Made by a program: the position numbers and the translations under genes. A DNA stretch of 64,000 bases from Fimbriosthenelais zetlandica (taxonomy: Eukaryota), in assembly GCA_977030845.1 (NCBI GenBank), contig OZ365111.1, forward strand, positions 9,796,001 through 9,860,000, read 5' to 3'. Below are positions 1-13,600 of the stretch, one piece after another. Position 1 is the stretch's first letter, and every line of letters begins with the position of its first letter. The notes under the pieces were generated by a model. The model ran no database searches, had not been told where the DNA came from, and saw only the letters and a program-made list of their open reading frames with translations.

Positions 1-101
1 AGTGTGCCAAGATAGTCCTAAAATATATTTCACATTAATCCCATTTAATAAATAGGAATAAAATGATGTCATGTTCTGGGGCAGAAAAAACTTGAGCTTA
101 C

Positions 102-210
102 CTTTTCCAGGTTCAATTGGATATGGCTCCATTTTCAGGATATCATCGATAAAAAGACGGGGGAAGGTTTTGAACATGGGGTCCAACCCCCATTTATCCA
201 CTGAAAGCAT
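102..210 (-). CDS. STN1: First coding exon of CST complex subunit STN1-like gene (gene continues left, out of the window)
   Basis: Minus strand from ATG at 210 (in-frame stop just upstream) reads MLSVDKWGLDPMFKTFPRLFIDDILKMEPYPIEPGK then GTAAG donor at 101. Resembles the STN1/OBFC1 N-terminus as I recall it (WGLDPVFLAFAKLYIRDIL). Only 36 codons are visible. Confidence 0.65.
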
Positions 211-719
211 TTTACCTTACACACTCGCTGTCGTTGGCCTGTTACTGTGTTAGAGTAGAGACTGTGTGTCAGTGGTTCGCCAAACCCAATGCCGAGCTGC
301 TCGGGAAGTACCGGTAGCCTAGGCCTAGGGGGGCCTAGTTACTTATTATCGTCTTAGTTATGGTTTTGTTGATCCTACAAACACAAACGATAAAATGGTC
401 ATACAATATTGGTTTCGGTGTGAGGTAGTTAGTTACAGTTCGTCACCTTTGTAAAACACATGCATTGAATGACAGAAAAAACAAACGATAGGCCGCTACC
501 ACGTGCGGAGTCCCGGAGCTATTCTTGCCCTCGGCCTCGCCCTCGGGGCCAAGCATCACTGCCGGGAAACTCGCATTTTGAGAATATTTGAGTATGATTG
601 TATCATACAAAAACGGAAACTCATTACTATGAAATACGAGACACTTTCCTATCTACTATTTATGAGCTGCCACTGATTATATGACTATGAAATCAAGGAA
701 AATCCAATGTTCAACTTAC

Positions 720-800
720 CTTTCCCGCTGCACTCCCTTGGCAAGCAAGTTGCTAACTTCCGGCGGAAGTGACCTAGCGGGCCGTCCCACGGCACATTCC
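720..800 (-). promoter_or_regulatory. Probable promoter and non-coding first exon of the STN1-like gene
   Basis: CpG-rich patch, palindromic double ETS-type site ACTTCCGGCGGAAGT at 756-770, strong donor AAG|GTAAGT at 720/719. No ATG is in frame with the exon at 102-210. Confidence 0.45.
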
Positions 801-2496
801 AGAACTAAAAGTTGCCGCGCTCTGTTCCATGCTGCAATCACATGTATGCATATGATATGACCTTTGCTTCTTAATTTTAACACCCTTGATTCTAACATTA
901 ACAAGAAAACCGAACGAGGTACAGTGGCATAGATCCCGTAGATCTACCCTAGGAAAATATGGCGTCGGCCAAAGCCCCTATTATCGCTCACCTCACAATT
1001 AACTTTATTGCCATGCTGTTTACAGGTTTACAGCCAGACTAGCTCTGTTCTTTTGGATGCGATAAATTCTTCATGAATTTCCATCGACGTATTTCAGTTT
1101 TGATTCATTTTGGTGCTTTTATAGTCATACATGTAAAGATTTAGCATTGAGCGTTAGTTCCCTCTTTTGCCGGTGGCGGGGTAGTCGTACGGGACAGAAA
1201 GTGACATTATCTTCAGCATCGACACGGGACAGTCGACAGTCTTTGAATATATAGGCATAGTAAATTAAAAATAAAATTTACCGAATAAAAAAAAACGAAA
1301 AAAACTATTTGGAACGAATATTATCATTTCTGAGAACGACAAAAAGCCATACAAATCAGTTCATGTATTTATTGATTTATAGATCAACAAGTAGTATAGA
1401 CATTCATTCCTTAAATCTAATTCAAGCTTCATCTAAAGATATATATGAAATAATAGCATACTTATAATCAAACAAAGGATATACATGTACATTTATAATC
1501 GTAAACTGCACACACTTAGGAAGGGCGACACTTCCCGAAAACAAATTTCCCTTCAAATTCACACTTGAGTGATTACAGATATACCAGGGGTGATAACACA
1601 GTTATCACAGACACGGAGGACTGGTTTTTTAAACTCCAGGTTTCATTGTAAGCCTACCTGATAAATTTCTTGATTAAACATTAAACGCAGTAATACGTTT
1701 AACACGCAATTATTAAAATAGATCCATCCAATATAGCCTTTCATTGTAAAGCTTAAATATCCTTAACCCCTTTGCTAGATCAGAGAAATTGCTCTACTAA
1801 AATAGAAGCATAGACCATACATCCTTCTTGGAGTTGTACGGCTTTCCTTAGTCATCTTCACATGAACGATGAGCGATGGGAAGGCTTAATAAAGTGGAAG
1901 TCCAGTTCAATGTTTGAAAGGCGGATACACGGAGTCATAACGTGCTTTTTGCTCCGGAACAAAGTTATTTGACATAACGAAAACATAATATTAAGAAAAT
2001 ATCGACCAGAACAGAGGGAAACAAATCCAGCTAGCTACAATGATCGAGTGTAAAATATTGTCTTTTTATCATTCAATGTAGAGGAAAAAAGGCTGAAATA
2101 GGGCTGCCGTTTTTCTCTGAAACTTGTCATGAAATTACAATTCATAGCAAAATAATTAGAGGAATATTTTACGTCACACATTTGTCGTGTCAACTGTTAC
2201 AACTTACACCATTTACCTGCAAAAACAGTCAACAGATTTGAGATTTTCAAAGATTCAGTAAAGATTTCTGGTCTCCTTATATCAGTGAGAAGGAAGTTCT
2301 GGACAATAGTCAACATATTCCATTTGGCCTCACATCACTTTTTCAGTCCCAAGTCTTGAGGAATTTCGACAATGCCCAACACATCATTTAAGTTTGGTAA
2401 TCTCAGATTGGGCATGGTTATGTAACCATTCACCAGACTTTGTGTTAGTTTCTCTTAGGGATTGTTTTTTTTGTGTGTGTTGGTGTGTGGCGCTCC

Positions 2497-5400
2497 TTAC
2501 TGAAGAGGAGAGAAAGGCGTGGGGATCAAAATCCTCGTGGTCATGTGTCGAATCAAAGGTACTGTAAATAGAGAAGAAATATGGAAGAATATCAGTGCAT
2601 GAGGAATGTATAGAAAAATTAAAAATGTAAAGTTAAAGGGATGCTAAACACTTGATAGAAAGTATTTTTCTAGGTAGTTTTTACCTCAGAACTACATAGG
2701 AAAATATTAAAAATACCTTTATACCTAGTGTTCGGTCTCCCTTTAATAAGTAAGTTAAGAAATAGATCTGAGAATGCAAGTTAGCTCACCGGTGTAAGAA
2801 ACACATTCATCCCATCCAGGTCGGGCCCAGGCTGCTTCACGAATCTCCTTCCGTGTTAGTAAATCTTCATAAGCTGCAATCAAATCTTCACTATCAGTTG
2901 GACTGGTTTCATAACTTAGAACAACAGGTCAACAATACAATACTGGCACAATGAACAATATTATTTTGCATAACACAATGCACCATAGAGAGATTTAAAG
3001 TAAAGACAAAGTAAAAGTGTGGCTACAAAGTTGCTAGATAAACTTACGCAGGAAAATAAAAATACGCATGATCAAAAAAATTCTCATTATACATAATATA
3101 CAAGATCAGTAAAATTCAAATTGTAAGCGGAAAACCCTTTGGAACGTGCCACCTATATTGAGGGACGCAAATGTTCCAAGCTTGTGACAATTAGTACCTA
3201 CCCAAGATGCTAGGTTAGTAAGCCCAAGTTAAGATCAGAGAGACCATTGCAAGTGAGACCTCCATGACTGGAAGTAGATAGAGTGAGACCCCTTGTGTTT
3301 CTGTGTCAGAAGATTCTACTCACCCCACAAATGATGCACATGATTAATATCACCAAGGTGACTGAAATATCCAGCGACTGGCTCATTTCCCGCCCGGCGA
3401 AATTTTATACCCCGGGCCCTAAAGATTCAATCACAATTTGCGATCTTTTTTGAATATTACTTCAATACATTCTTTACACAAAGGACCTCTGTGTAAGGCA
3501 AATCAACATGCAATGAATATACCTAGTCAGAAAAAAATACTACGAGGAAAAACACACTAGAAATCTGTTGAGAGAAAGGGAAATAAATTAGACAATGAAC
3601 AATATAACTTCATTCCACTTCATCTTTTTACACTGCACTGGAATTTCCTTTAAAAAATAGTATTTTTTTAATTCGATAATTTTGTATCGCATGTTGAACA
3701 TATATATGTACATGTATGTTGAACATATTAATATATGCCATGATTACGGGGAAAACTTTACATCTTCAAATTATCCGATGAAGTTAGAATTAAATTTGTT
3801 CATTGCCTGAAAACACTAAAGTGGAAATAATTAAAAGTGTGAAGCTTGAATGTTATTGAAGAATAAATCTTTCTATCAGAAAGTGTAATCAAGGAAAGTA
3901 ATTACCCGTATATAGAGCAAGAAATTTGTTAGTAGCACTTAACACGGACTTGAATTGAATGGAGATTGAGAGAAGAAAGGTTTTACATTAAGTTTATGAT
4001 TAATAACTGTATTCATCTAAATAAGGATGTATGAAGCAATTTAGAAATCAGTAAAAACACATCTCCTTTCAAATCAAATCCTATGAATTTGCAGGCGAGT
4101 ATTACTCAAATATTTCTGTAAATTTCGCCATTAAAAAAAACATACATCCACAAAAGGCAAGCTATACAAGACCAGAGAAAACAACACAAAGATCAAGGAT
4201 GCAAGGCTGATTAGTCAAATAACTAAAAATATCCTGAAAATTTCAAAGTTTAATTTATATTGAGCATTTCCGATAGATTCATATCCTCGGATACTTTAAA
4301 TTATTATTTCTTGTATATTGGGACATTTATCTTTCCTGATTCAACGGAATTGCATGAAATCCGGAAATTTGCTGAAAAATTGCATCCCCGTAAGAGTGTT
4401 TTCCAAGTAAAAACAAGAGAAAAAAGCCAGAAAATCAATGAGGAAACAGTCATAAATTGCTCATGCTGCTGGTGATTACTGGTATAGGCTCAGGGCCAAC
4501 TAGGCGGGAGGACCCATTGTGTGACTATGACCAATAGGCTGGACCCATGACACCAGTCATTAGACTTACCCCAGAAATGATGGACATTGTATAAATCGCC
4601 AATATGGGAGAAATAACCAGCAACTGCCTCGTCGGATTCTCGCCTATTTGAAATTCCTCGTGCCCTATAGAAATGTGTTGGCGATAGTAGATATTGTAAT
4701 AAAAATAGATTAATAGAAATCTTACAGGCTCTTTCTTAAAGTTGAAACAAATATTATATATCAGGAGAACATTTTAAAACTAACATTCTAATTTCCTCAT
4801 AGTACGATGTCACCTACAACATAATATATACATCTGAAGAAAAAGAGCGCTTACCGGACCCAATGGGAAAAAATCTTTAAATAGCAGATAAAATTTTCAA
4901 TCTGAACAGAAAAATATTCAAATGTACAATCATTTTAAAAAGGGCAAAATTTAATCTTAGCCAAAAATATAATAAATTCATCGAGTTCTTAGCTTTAAAT
5001 ATTTTATAATCTTTCAAATTCGGTTCGAAAACCAAAAATGATTTACATTGTGATAGAAGGTTACTTAAACCTAGACTTGTATTTATCATGTACTTATTTA
5101 TTAGCAGGAATAAACACTGTTCTTACTACAACTATTTCAACTTACCAGTTGTTACCCCATTCAATCATCGTTCCTGGCTGTCAATCAAAAAGGAAACAAA
5201 CTACATTAAATTTTTAATACCAAGGAAAATCTATTTAGTGTCAGTAGACACAATATCAGGTCTTTCTAGATCACTCTCTTCCTATCTAAATCGCAAGAAA
5301 AAATAATTGTAATTTTTTTAGAATTGGAATTAAAAATTTAGAGGAAACATTTTTAGCAAGGAAATACCATGTTGACTAAATCATAATAATTGTTGAAAGG

Positions 5401-7548
5401 TTATAACCATGGAATTACTTACTTTGAGGACATAGCTTCTGAGTTCGTAGATACTGGATCCCGCTCTAGGTTGAATATCACCCCAGAAAGTGAAGGCGAG
5501 GAGGATCTGGTTCTTGCGCGACCGTAGCATTTTATTTCGATTGATGCGAAAATCAACAAACTCCTGAAATAACAACAAAATTTGGTGAATTGCCTAACAA
5601 AATCGCCTCCCTACATTACATACATTATACACAAAATAAGGCCGATAATACAAAAAAATTGATTTCTTTTATTCATCAAAATTATTTTATGTCTTTCTTC
5701 AAGGATAGAAATTCTCAAAGGAATCAATAAATGAAAAGATTCAGAAAGTGAGGAATTCAGGATCGCTGGCGCTTACTTTATCTGTCCGGTAAACCTGAGT
5801 TGCGGTATTAAGAGATGCATAGCCACCAGGGTATTTCCAGAGATGTACTAGAAAAATAACATAATATTACTAAAGTACATTTTATCAGTGTTCAGATTCT
5901 GGATATTTGGACGTACCAATGTATGTTCATTTAAGTAGAAATAAATATATCAAAATATATAAATAACACATTACGATCAATAGACACAAATCTACTGATC
6001 CATATTTTAGATTATCTTAAATAGTTGTCCTTACTGGCCTCGTCTTGGTCGCCTATTTCTACAGTCCAGCTACCACACAGCTCGGCGCCCGTGCCCTTTT
6101 CTTCGATTAAATTAACGAAATTTTGACTGAAAGTAGAATCATTTTTTATTTAATAAGAGTTACACTCTATATGAAACATAATCTTGTAAACACTGAAGTT
6201 GGAAAGATCAGGACAATTGGCTAATACATACATGTCTCTTTGTGTCAGAAGACAAAACTTAAGGAATATCATAGGTTAGATCTATGCTTATTAACCTAAA
6301 AGAAAAATCCACCTAAATTATACTTACTATTGCTGCAGATATGGTTCCATGAATTCCGGCTTTACACTGTGCACTATAATAAAAAAATATTTATGAATAA
6401 AGACGGGCCCTAATTCACTAAATTTACAACTCGCATGAGAGCCACAGGCCAATAATGATACAAGTTAGTTTTAAATATGGGAGATTAATTAGTGGAAATT
6501 CTATAAGTCTGATAATCCGTTTTAAGTATTCCACAGTGTTCTTCTTGCAGATTGAAATGCTAAATTTTTCTCTGAATACAACGAGAAATAACTTCTGAGA
6601 TAACAATACATTTTTAAACCCATAGTATAAGTTGAGTACATATATCCTTACTTTGGAGTTCATAGACGGTGTCTTTATCACCTAGAGCCTGAGAGTGGGA
6701 CTGAGTGCCGGGATCCACTGTTCTGATCCGCAGCATCCGACGCATCCAGCTCGTCTTCTCATCTGTCTCTGTGTCGCGCAGCACACAGGTAGAAGAAATG
6801 CTCCTAAAAATATTATTTTATAAAATATTCAGAAATGAGTGATACAACAGGTTTCTTTCAGATATGGGAAAGTCTTACTAAAGGAATATTATATTAGACT
6901 AATTCATGACTTATTATTCAAGTGGAACAGGCTTGCAATATTTATCTAAAATATAGAAATCTAGATTCTAAATTAGCCTACTAATTAAAACCGACCGGTA
7001 CTCTAATATTTTTTCATTCTTTCTTTTCAGAAGGTGTGTGTTATATAATTTTAAAGCTAATATAATATTATTAAGCAGCACCAAAATTTAGCAAAAAAAT
7101 ACGTATTTCGTCACTGCATTAGACTAGATAAATCTAGATTTACAACCATTTAATGGATAAGACAGTTACATGGAAAGTGGGAATAAGACTCCATCCTTGA
7201 TTTTAAAGGGTAGAAAAGGTGAAAGGCAGTCAAAACACCCAAAGCAGAGTGTAAGGTCAAGTCTAAGCTCCCTAAACACCACTGAGTATCCAAGGACTAC
7301 AGCAGAGGATGCCACAGCGGCAGCTGTCAAACTCAGAGGCCGAGTCAAGGACGAAGCGCATTTCCACGTAAACAAATGTGCATGGCAGCCTTTCAAACTG
7401 GCGCAAACTGAACCAAACTCTACGCAAATGAAGATAGTGTCTATAGGGACCTATTTCCTTACCTTGCAGCATTATTAATTAACTGGGGATTGTTTCTACT
7501 CAATGAGAGTAGTCCCCGTCTCCCCAGTCCTGCTAGTGTGGCCGCCAT
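2497..7548 (-). CDS. NIPSNAP: NipSnap family mitochondrial protein (NIPSNAP1/2-like), about 287 aa, 10 coding exons per isoform
   Basis: Exons 7548-7463, 6803-6652, 6373-6328, 6126-6035, 5847-5777, 5563-5423, 5177-5146, [4664-4570 or 3418-3324], 2873-2790, 2561-2497. All are GT-AG and phase compatible (864 nt). Motifs [94 protein letters not shown]. The Arg/Leu-rich N-terminus [18 protein letters not shown] looks like a mitochondrial presequence. Confidence 0.95.
3324..3418 (-). CDS. NIPSNAP: NIPSNAP alternative exon 8b (95 nt), paralog of exon 8a
   Basis: tttag|G GCC CGG ... TGG G|gtgagt; encodes [31 protein letters not shown]. Same length and phases as exon 8a. Confidence 0.9.
4570..4664 (-). 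CDS. NIPSNAP: NIPSNAP alternative exon 8a (95 nt)
   Basis: tatag|G GCA CGA ... TGG G|gtaagt; encodes [31 protein letters not shown]. Confidence 0.9.
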
Positions 7549-7610
7549 GTTGACCAGAGCCTCGTTCCCGGAAATCAGTTCCGTTTCCTGTCGCTAGGTG
7601 GGAGGTGAGT
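7549..7610. promoter_or_regulatory. NIPSNAP promoter-proximal region, possibly bidirectional
   Basis: YY1-like GCCGCCATGTT over the ATG, ETS-like CCGGAA and TTCC motifs at 7567-7590, and a plus-strand donor GAG|GTGAGT at 7604/7605. Confidence 0.4.
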
Positions 7611-10600
7611 AGTGTGTTGTTTTCCCGCCAAGAATCTAGCTATTTCCCCAGTCCACGCAGAAGCATCTCGTTGAACACAGCCTATTTGGAGTAAAGAAAG
7701 TATTTAAGTTAATGAAATATAACCATAAACTACATTAATTTATATTTCTTATACTTTATATCCATTTTCTCCGAAAAATTCACCTACGATTCATGGAAGT
7801 CCCATAGGCCCTATGGGGAAGAGTATTCTTCCTCCTTCAGAATGCCATAGGACATTTAGGCTAGATTTAGGTAGGCTATTCTGTATAGGACATAGGTCTA
7901 GGCCTTGTAAGTCATTATCTCATAGTCCATAAACTTAGATGAATTCAATTTAGGCCTACTATTAGGCCCATTTCAAGGACATGCCTATAGGTTTAATTTG
8001 ACAATCATAGCCGGGACGGAGCTGTATAATTTGAGCCTGGGAACATGCATTAACAGGGCAGGACCGGACCGGATTTACCAATAACCAAGATCAATCAGGC
8101 CTATTACGCCATGAATCATAACCATTTGGTCTTGTTCGAGAATTTTTTTCCAATCGATCTTATTGATCAAAAGATTATTTGACTGAGTGTTTGTGTAACT
8201 AACGTGTAGCATGCACAGTGCGAGTTCCGCGGTAGCTCTTCGAAGAGGAAGCTGGACATCAATCAATGGATGCTTAAATTGGCAGGCATAGGGGCCTATA
8301 TTATTATGACAACAAACTTATTAATTCAAATGAATTCATTTGTTAGACAATTGAAGACATAGAAGATCACTAGGCTAGGAAGGAATATACCCACTGATAA
8401 AACAGGGTATTGAAATATCTTAAGAAATAAATATTTATGTAAATTGAGACATAAATATTTATGTAAATTGAGACTAATTATTTCAATAATCTTTTAATAT
8501 ATCCATATTGCCATGCTCTGCAACCAAGGTCTAGGTCATCCACACATATACATGTATTTTACCCTACATGGTTGTTTATTATTGCCTGCGACATCCTGTA
8601 TAGGCCTCAGTTAACCCTTCTTATACATAGAAGTATATACTCACCTGAATCCTTAATTCTGTGTGTTCAGGGATCTGGAATCTGGTGCAGAGCTTACAGG
8701 TGCCATTGTTTACAAATCCCCCGCCAGTTTCCTCTCACCGTTCTTTCCATGCTGATCTCATGTACATGTATATGTATACATGGACCGATTTTACTATAAT
8801 ATAGCTTGGGAAATAACTATCACGGTCTGGGATACATATTATCACTGACTCACTGGTAGTAAATGTCCCACTTCCCGATATTTAAGGTCGCCATCGTTTT
8901 CATAAAGTAAAGATTTCTTACCATTTTGGTTCATCTTATAATGGCACTAATTATGCACTAATTCCTAAATTAGAGACGATGTGATTAACATGCCTGGATT
9001 TAAAAAAAATAACTTCGAAATTATGATCGACCTACTTTAACTCCTATTAACGAGAAAAAAATAATCTTCTGAAAATTACATCACCCAACATAAACTATAA
9101 CAATGCAATATAATGCACAAGAGCAATAATATGTGGCAATTCCATAGTAAATCAATAATTTCTGCCTCGAGCTGCTTTAATAGTCCGACCAGAGTTTGGT
9201 GATTTATAATTAAGTTGAACCACGGTACGGTGATAACATGGGAATGATAATAAAGCCAGGTGGTAGAGATATGGCCTATAGGAGTCACCTATCACACATG
9301 GGGCCTGTCCCTCCCACCTGGATGGACATGGCCGCGGGTAACTCACCAGAGACAACCCCCGCAGGGAAAAATCCAGGTGACAATAGAGAAAACTGTGATA
9401 AAATTTTAACGTTCAGTCTGAGTCACTGCATGGAACGAGGGGGTCTCTGCCTGGGACCTCAAAACACGGGAAAAATATATTTAAAAAAACTCATAAAATT
9501 AAATGGTTAAAGATCTATATTTTTTGCAAGTTACTCGAAAATGCAGCTTTAATTTGGTAATCACAATGCTCCCTGCAATGTTTTAGTCAATGAAACATTT
9601 TTATTGGTCATAATTTAATCACGGGGTTACATTAATATTCTCTGTGAATTTGATCCCGTGTAAATTAGTTCCTCAATCTGGTGAAGAGGAATGGATCCTT
9701 TAATCCCAACATCAATTTCCTACTTGATTAAATATTATTGAAGTTTCAAAAGCAGTTAATACATTTCTATGAAATATTTATCTCCACTGCACACATCGTG
9801 AGGCATTAATCCGTTGATTAAACGCGGAAAAAAATAAAATTGTTGTGGGAATGATCATTCAACCCAGAAAATCCCCAAGACATGAATCTAAAGGATGTCA
9901 ATATGCTTTAGCAGACTTTCCCGGGTGATAGTACCTTAAACTTCTGTACTTTCTATATACTACTGTAACTGCAGACATACTAGCCCACATGGATCTGGCA
10001 CAGAGCCAACAACCGACTTGTCAGACTAGTTTAGATGAGCACCCAGCCCGACTCTGCAGACAGTGTTGGAGACACTGACAAGAGGGTTGTATCATGTTGA
10101 ATTCCTATACAGAGATCCGCACTGACTTATATGAACTTGATTTTTTTTAAAGGCATGAGGATGATTGCCTCAATTTATTTTTACATCCTATAGGTATGAA
10201 AAGAATTTCCATCGTTTATATAATGGGTTGTAGGCCTACATATTCAGAAAAAGAAATAGAGCTTTCACTGTCTTGGTAATGGACAATGGATGAATGCAAT
10301 GATCTTTTTCTTGGTGGCATGAATAATGAACAATGTATGTCGTTCTAGGCAACCATTGTTTACGGAGAATAGCAAAAAAAATGATAACATGTGGCAAAAG
10401 GTCTCGCTATTGAATCCATTATATCAGCAAGGAAAGATAAGTTGATTTGTCCTCCAAGAATTTGAAAAAAAATCATCAGATATTGTTCTTCCCCACCTAT
10501 ATTGATGCCACTGGATCCATTGTTTAAATTATAGCAATCAATAGAGCTCATGGGGAATGATTCGTCCCCTGCTTTCCCCTCCCCCGGGAGAGGTGCGTGT

Positions 10601-13600
10601 GTTAATGATACCTGAAGGGAATGCACGCAGCATGACCATGGAGTTCACTCATCCATGAACCAGGTCACCCAAGCCAACAGACACACACACCTATCCTGCA
10701 TCCAGATCCATGGCCTTGTATGAGCTTCCACGTTAAAGCTGCACTGCACATTCTCTCCCTGTGGTGGTTCCACTTACACTACTGCTGTCCCTGCATTCCC
10801 GGGCAAACAAAGGTGAGGTTTTTTTCCCTCATTTCTACAAGCCGCTGAGGATATACAGTAAATATATAGAACCAGGGTATCCACTGTATGTTATATATGT
10901 TCAAGCTAAGTCTTCACCCGAATATATACACCCCTTTCACTATCACCAACCTGCAGCTCTCTGTCCCACGATAGAGATACACACCTGGCTCTTCCTACCA
11001 TATAGGATCATACACATGCAACTCAGCTACCAAACGCTCCCTGACCACTGCAGGAATTGCAAGGCCAGCAACATATATGGCTCATTGACAAACATTCTAC
11101 TGTATTTGCATGTCATTTATTTTCTTGGCTCCATGTCAGGCATTCTTGTCGGGGCAGATCAAGCAGCTGGCCAATACACCAATAGATCTTTTCAGGGACT
11201 GATTACTAGGACTCGGCTACACCCCTTTAGCTGAAACCACCTTATACCAGGTCCATACACCTGCCTTTTAAAGCTGCTTAAGGAGCCGGTAGGGTGTACC
11301 ATGGCCTGGTTATAACTGCATGTAGCTCCATATACCCTCATATCCTTATGTGAATTCATGAAACTGGGAGAATTTTGGCTTGAGGCATGTGGATATTAGA
11401 TTCAAGAAGTGACCAGAGGAATTAATACAAGGGATCCCTGTGGACACTATTTTATTCCTCCTCTTTTATTCCTCCCCCTGATCCTGCAGGACCAAGGGAC
11501 AATAGAGGAACTTAAAGGACTTGAGTCAAGATTTAGGCTCTGTATTGGAGAAGTAGCACCAATAATCAGTTGTACACTATAATATTCGTCCATTCAGGTA
11601 AGGGTTAAACTTTGAAACTTGTTTTCTAGACCAACGAATAGGTATAATTGACTGTGAAGAGTTCTCTCAAGTGAAAAATAACCTACTTATATTATAAGGG
11701 GAAAATAGATAGGATCACAATAGGATTTTTATTTGAGAGGACAATTTCCTTGAATAAATATTGATGAATATTAATGGTCTGTGGGAACATAAACATAGAG
11801 ACAACCTAATTAATCAATTTTTAATTGATATAATACACAATTTAGTAATAGCCAGCAAGTCAGGTATGTCTTTCTTAAGGACATGAAACGGTGTGTGGTG
11901 AAGAAGAAAAGGGGAAAATGAGTATGCTTTAACATTACACCCACTTATGCTTCTACTTGGACACCCTCCACGGGTCTTCCATGTTCTTGTGCCAAAAGAA
12001 ATGAGGGCTATGAATCGGTCTCTCTTACATATGGTTTAGACTAGATAGGATACTCACAATGAGTCCATACACCATGGGACAAAGCGAGACATACCTGGCT
12101 TTAGTCCCAGCAGAAAATCCTGCCTGTCCACAATTACACATTACGTGGCAATATTCCTAACATTTTGTGAACTAACCCGATTTTTATAAGCTTACTTAGG
12201 ATATGATTGCATTATAATAACATCCAAGCCAGAATATATAATTGAATTTGATATTTTCTGAATTCCAGCACAAATACTTATGATAAATTGAAGTCTAAGT
12301 TAAGTGGAGAGTGGTTAAGACTGTCATCTTCTCAACCCCATGCAGGAGTTAATGCATAAATCATAGCGTTGCATATTCATGTGACTCTATCCCTTATTCC
12401 TCTCATTCATATTAGGGCTGTAAACCCTGGGGCTACCTTGTCTCATGTCCCTCAAATGCTGTGATCATTGGAGCCAAGCTGTCACGATAGTCATAGCATG
12501 GCTCATCTAATTTTGGTTGAGCCAAAAATTTAAAGGGACCAAAATGGGCAACCATACATGAAATTAAATGTTTTACCGAGAAATGCCTATAATTTTTTCC
12601 GGGGACTACGGCTTCTGAGTTTGGCAAATGCCATGTTCCAATTTAAATCTGTCCAAGATCATAATCTAGATCAGGGGGATACAGTTTATAAATGTGTCAG
12701 GAACATGCATGATAAACGGTTGTTGGAAGGGAAAATAATGAAAAGAGAGTTCTACCAAGGAATTTGGGGAATGCAGTCAAACGGAGAAACCCACCCACGT
12801 GTGAGAGTAAGGGATGAGTCATATATACAATCATTTATGAAATTAAGAACATATATATGTACCCAGGTATATGATGCAAAAATATACACATTCATATTTT
12901 GTTTTCTCCAATATTTATCGATGCTTCAGAAATGATTAGGCAGGGTCTTAGGACTTGTATCCGTCAAACTGTTTAGGCTAATGTAATTAATATTCCGTAC
13001 TCAAAGCCGAAAATATATTGCAATGAGGCAAAAGGCAAGAACTGTAATACCGGGAAGTGTCGACAACGATTAAGTGCAATTATCTCATAGGTCTCCTTTG
13101 TATTGAACATAAAGAAAAGGGCTCTTGAATACTTGAATTTATGCACAACATCCTACATAACTGAAGCTCGCCTTGGTAATATCACTTGTATGGGTTAAAA
13201 AGGTCTAACCTGAGACCCAATAGTATAAACAGCTTAGCAAAGGTTTTATGCACATCTTTTAGTCGTTTTACAATAGGAGAAGTAACTCTATTTCCTGAGC
13301 ATCAATTGCCACAGGAAAACACTCGTACACCAGGTGGCAGGTAAAATACCAAAAGGTCCAAATATGCATGATGATTCAAAAGTATGCCAGGCAGTATTTC
13401 CCATGAAATCTTAGTATCTTTAACATGGGATGGGTACATCAACCCTGCATTGCTCTGAATCGATTACAAAGCAATGTATATATTGTTACCTTAGCTACGG
13501 TCTGATGAACCTCAGAAATAGACCCAATCAATAAAATCGATATCTATTTGAAATCATTGTGTGGGCCTATATACATTGTAAGCCAACAGAAAAGATTTCA

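Noticed and set aside
716-904. 62-aa ORF as a coding exon (CxH, SWIM-like look)
   Set aside because: Its phase does not join the STN1 exon, it overlaps promoter motifs, and no full SWIM pattern is present.
2215-2450. Exon-like minus-strand stretch with a donor at ~2216
   Set aside because: Contains an in-frame stop and lies just downstream of the NIPSNAP stop codon; best read as 3' UTR.
7166-7478. Overlapping ORFs of 66-102 aa
   Set aside because: Lie in NIPSNAP intron 1; no recognisable motifs or consistent splice sites.
9900-12950. ORFs of 64-157 aa and GC-richer patches as a decayed retroelement or gene
   Set aside because: No RT, endonuclease, integrase or recombinase motif could be read in any frame. 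A translated search against Repbase would be needed.
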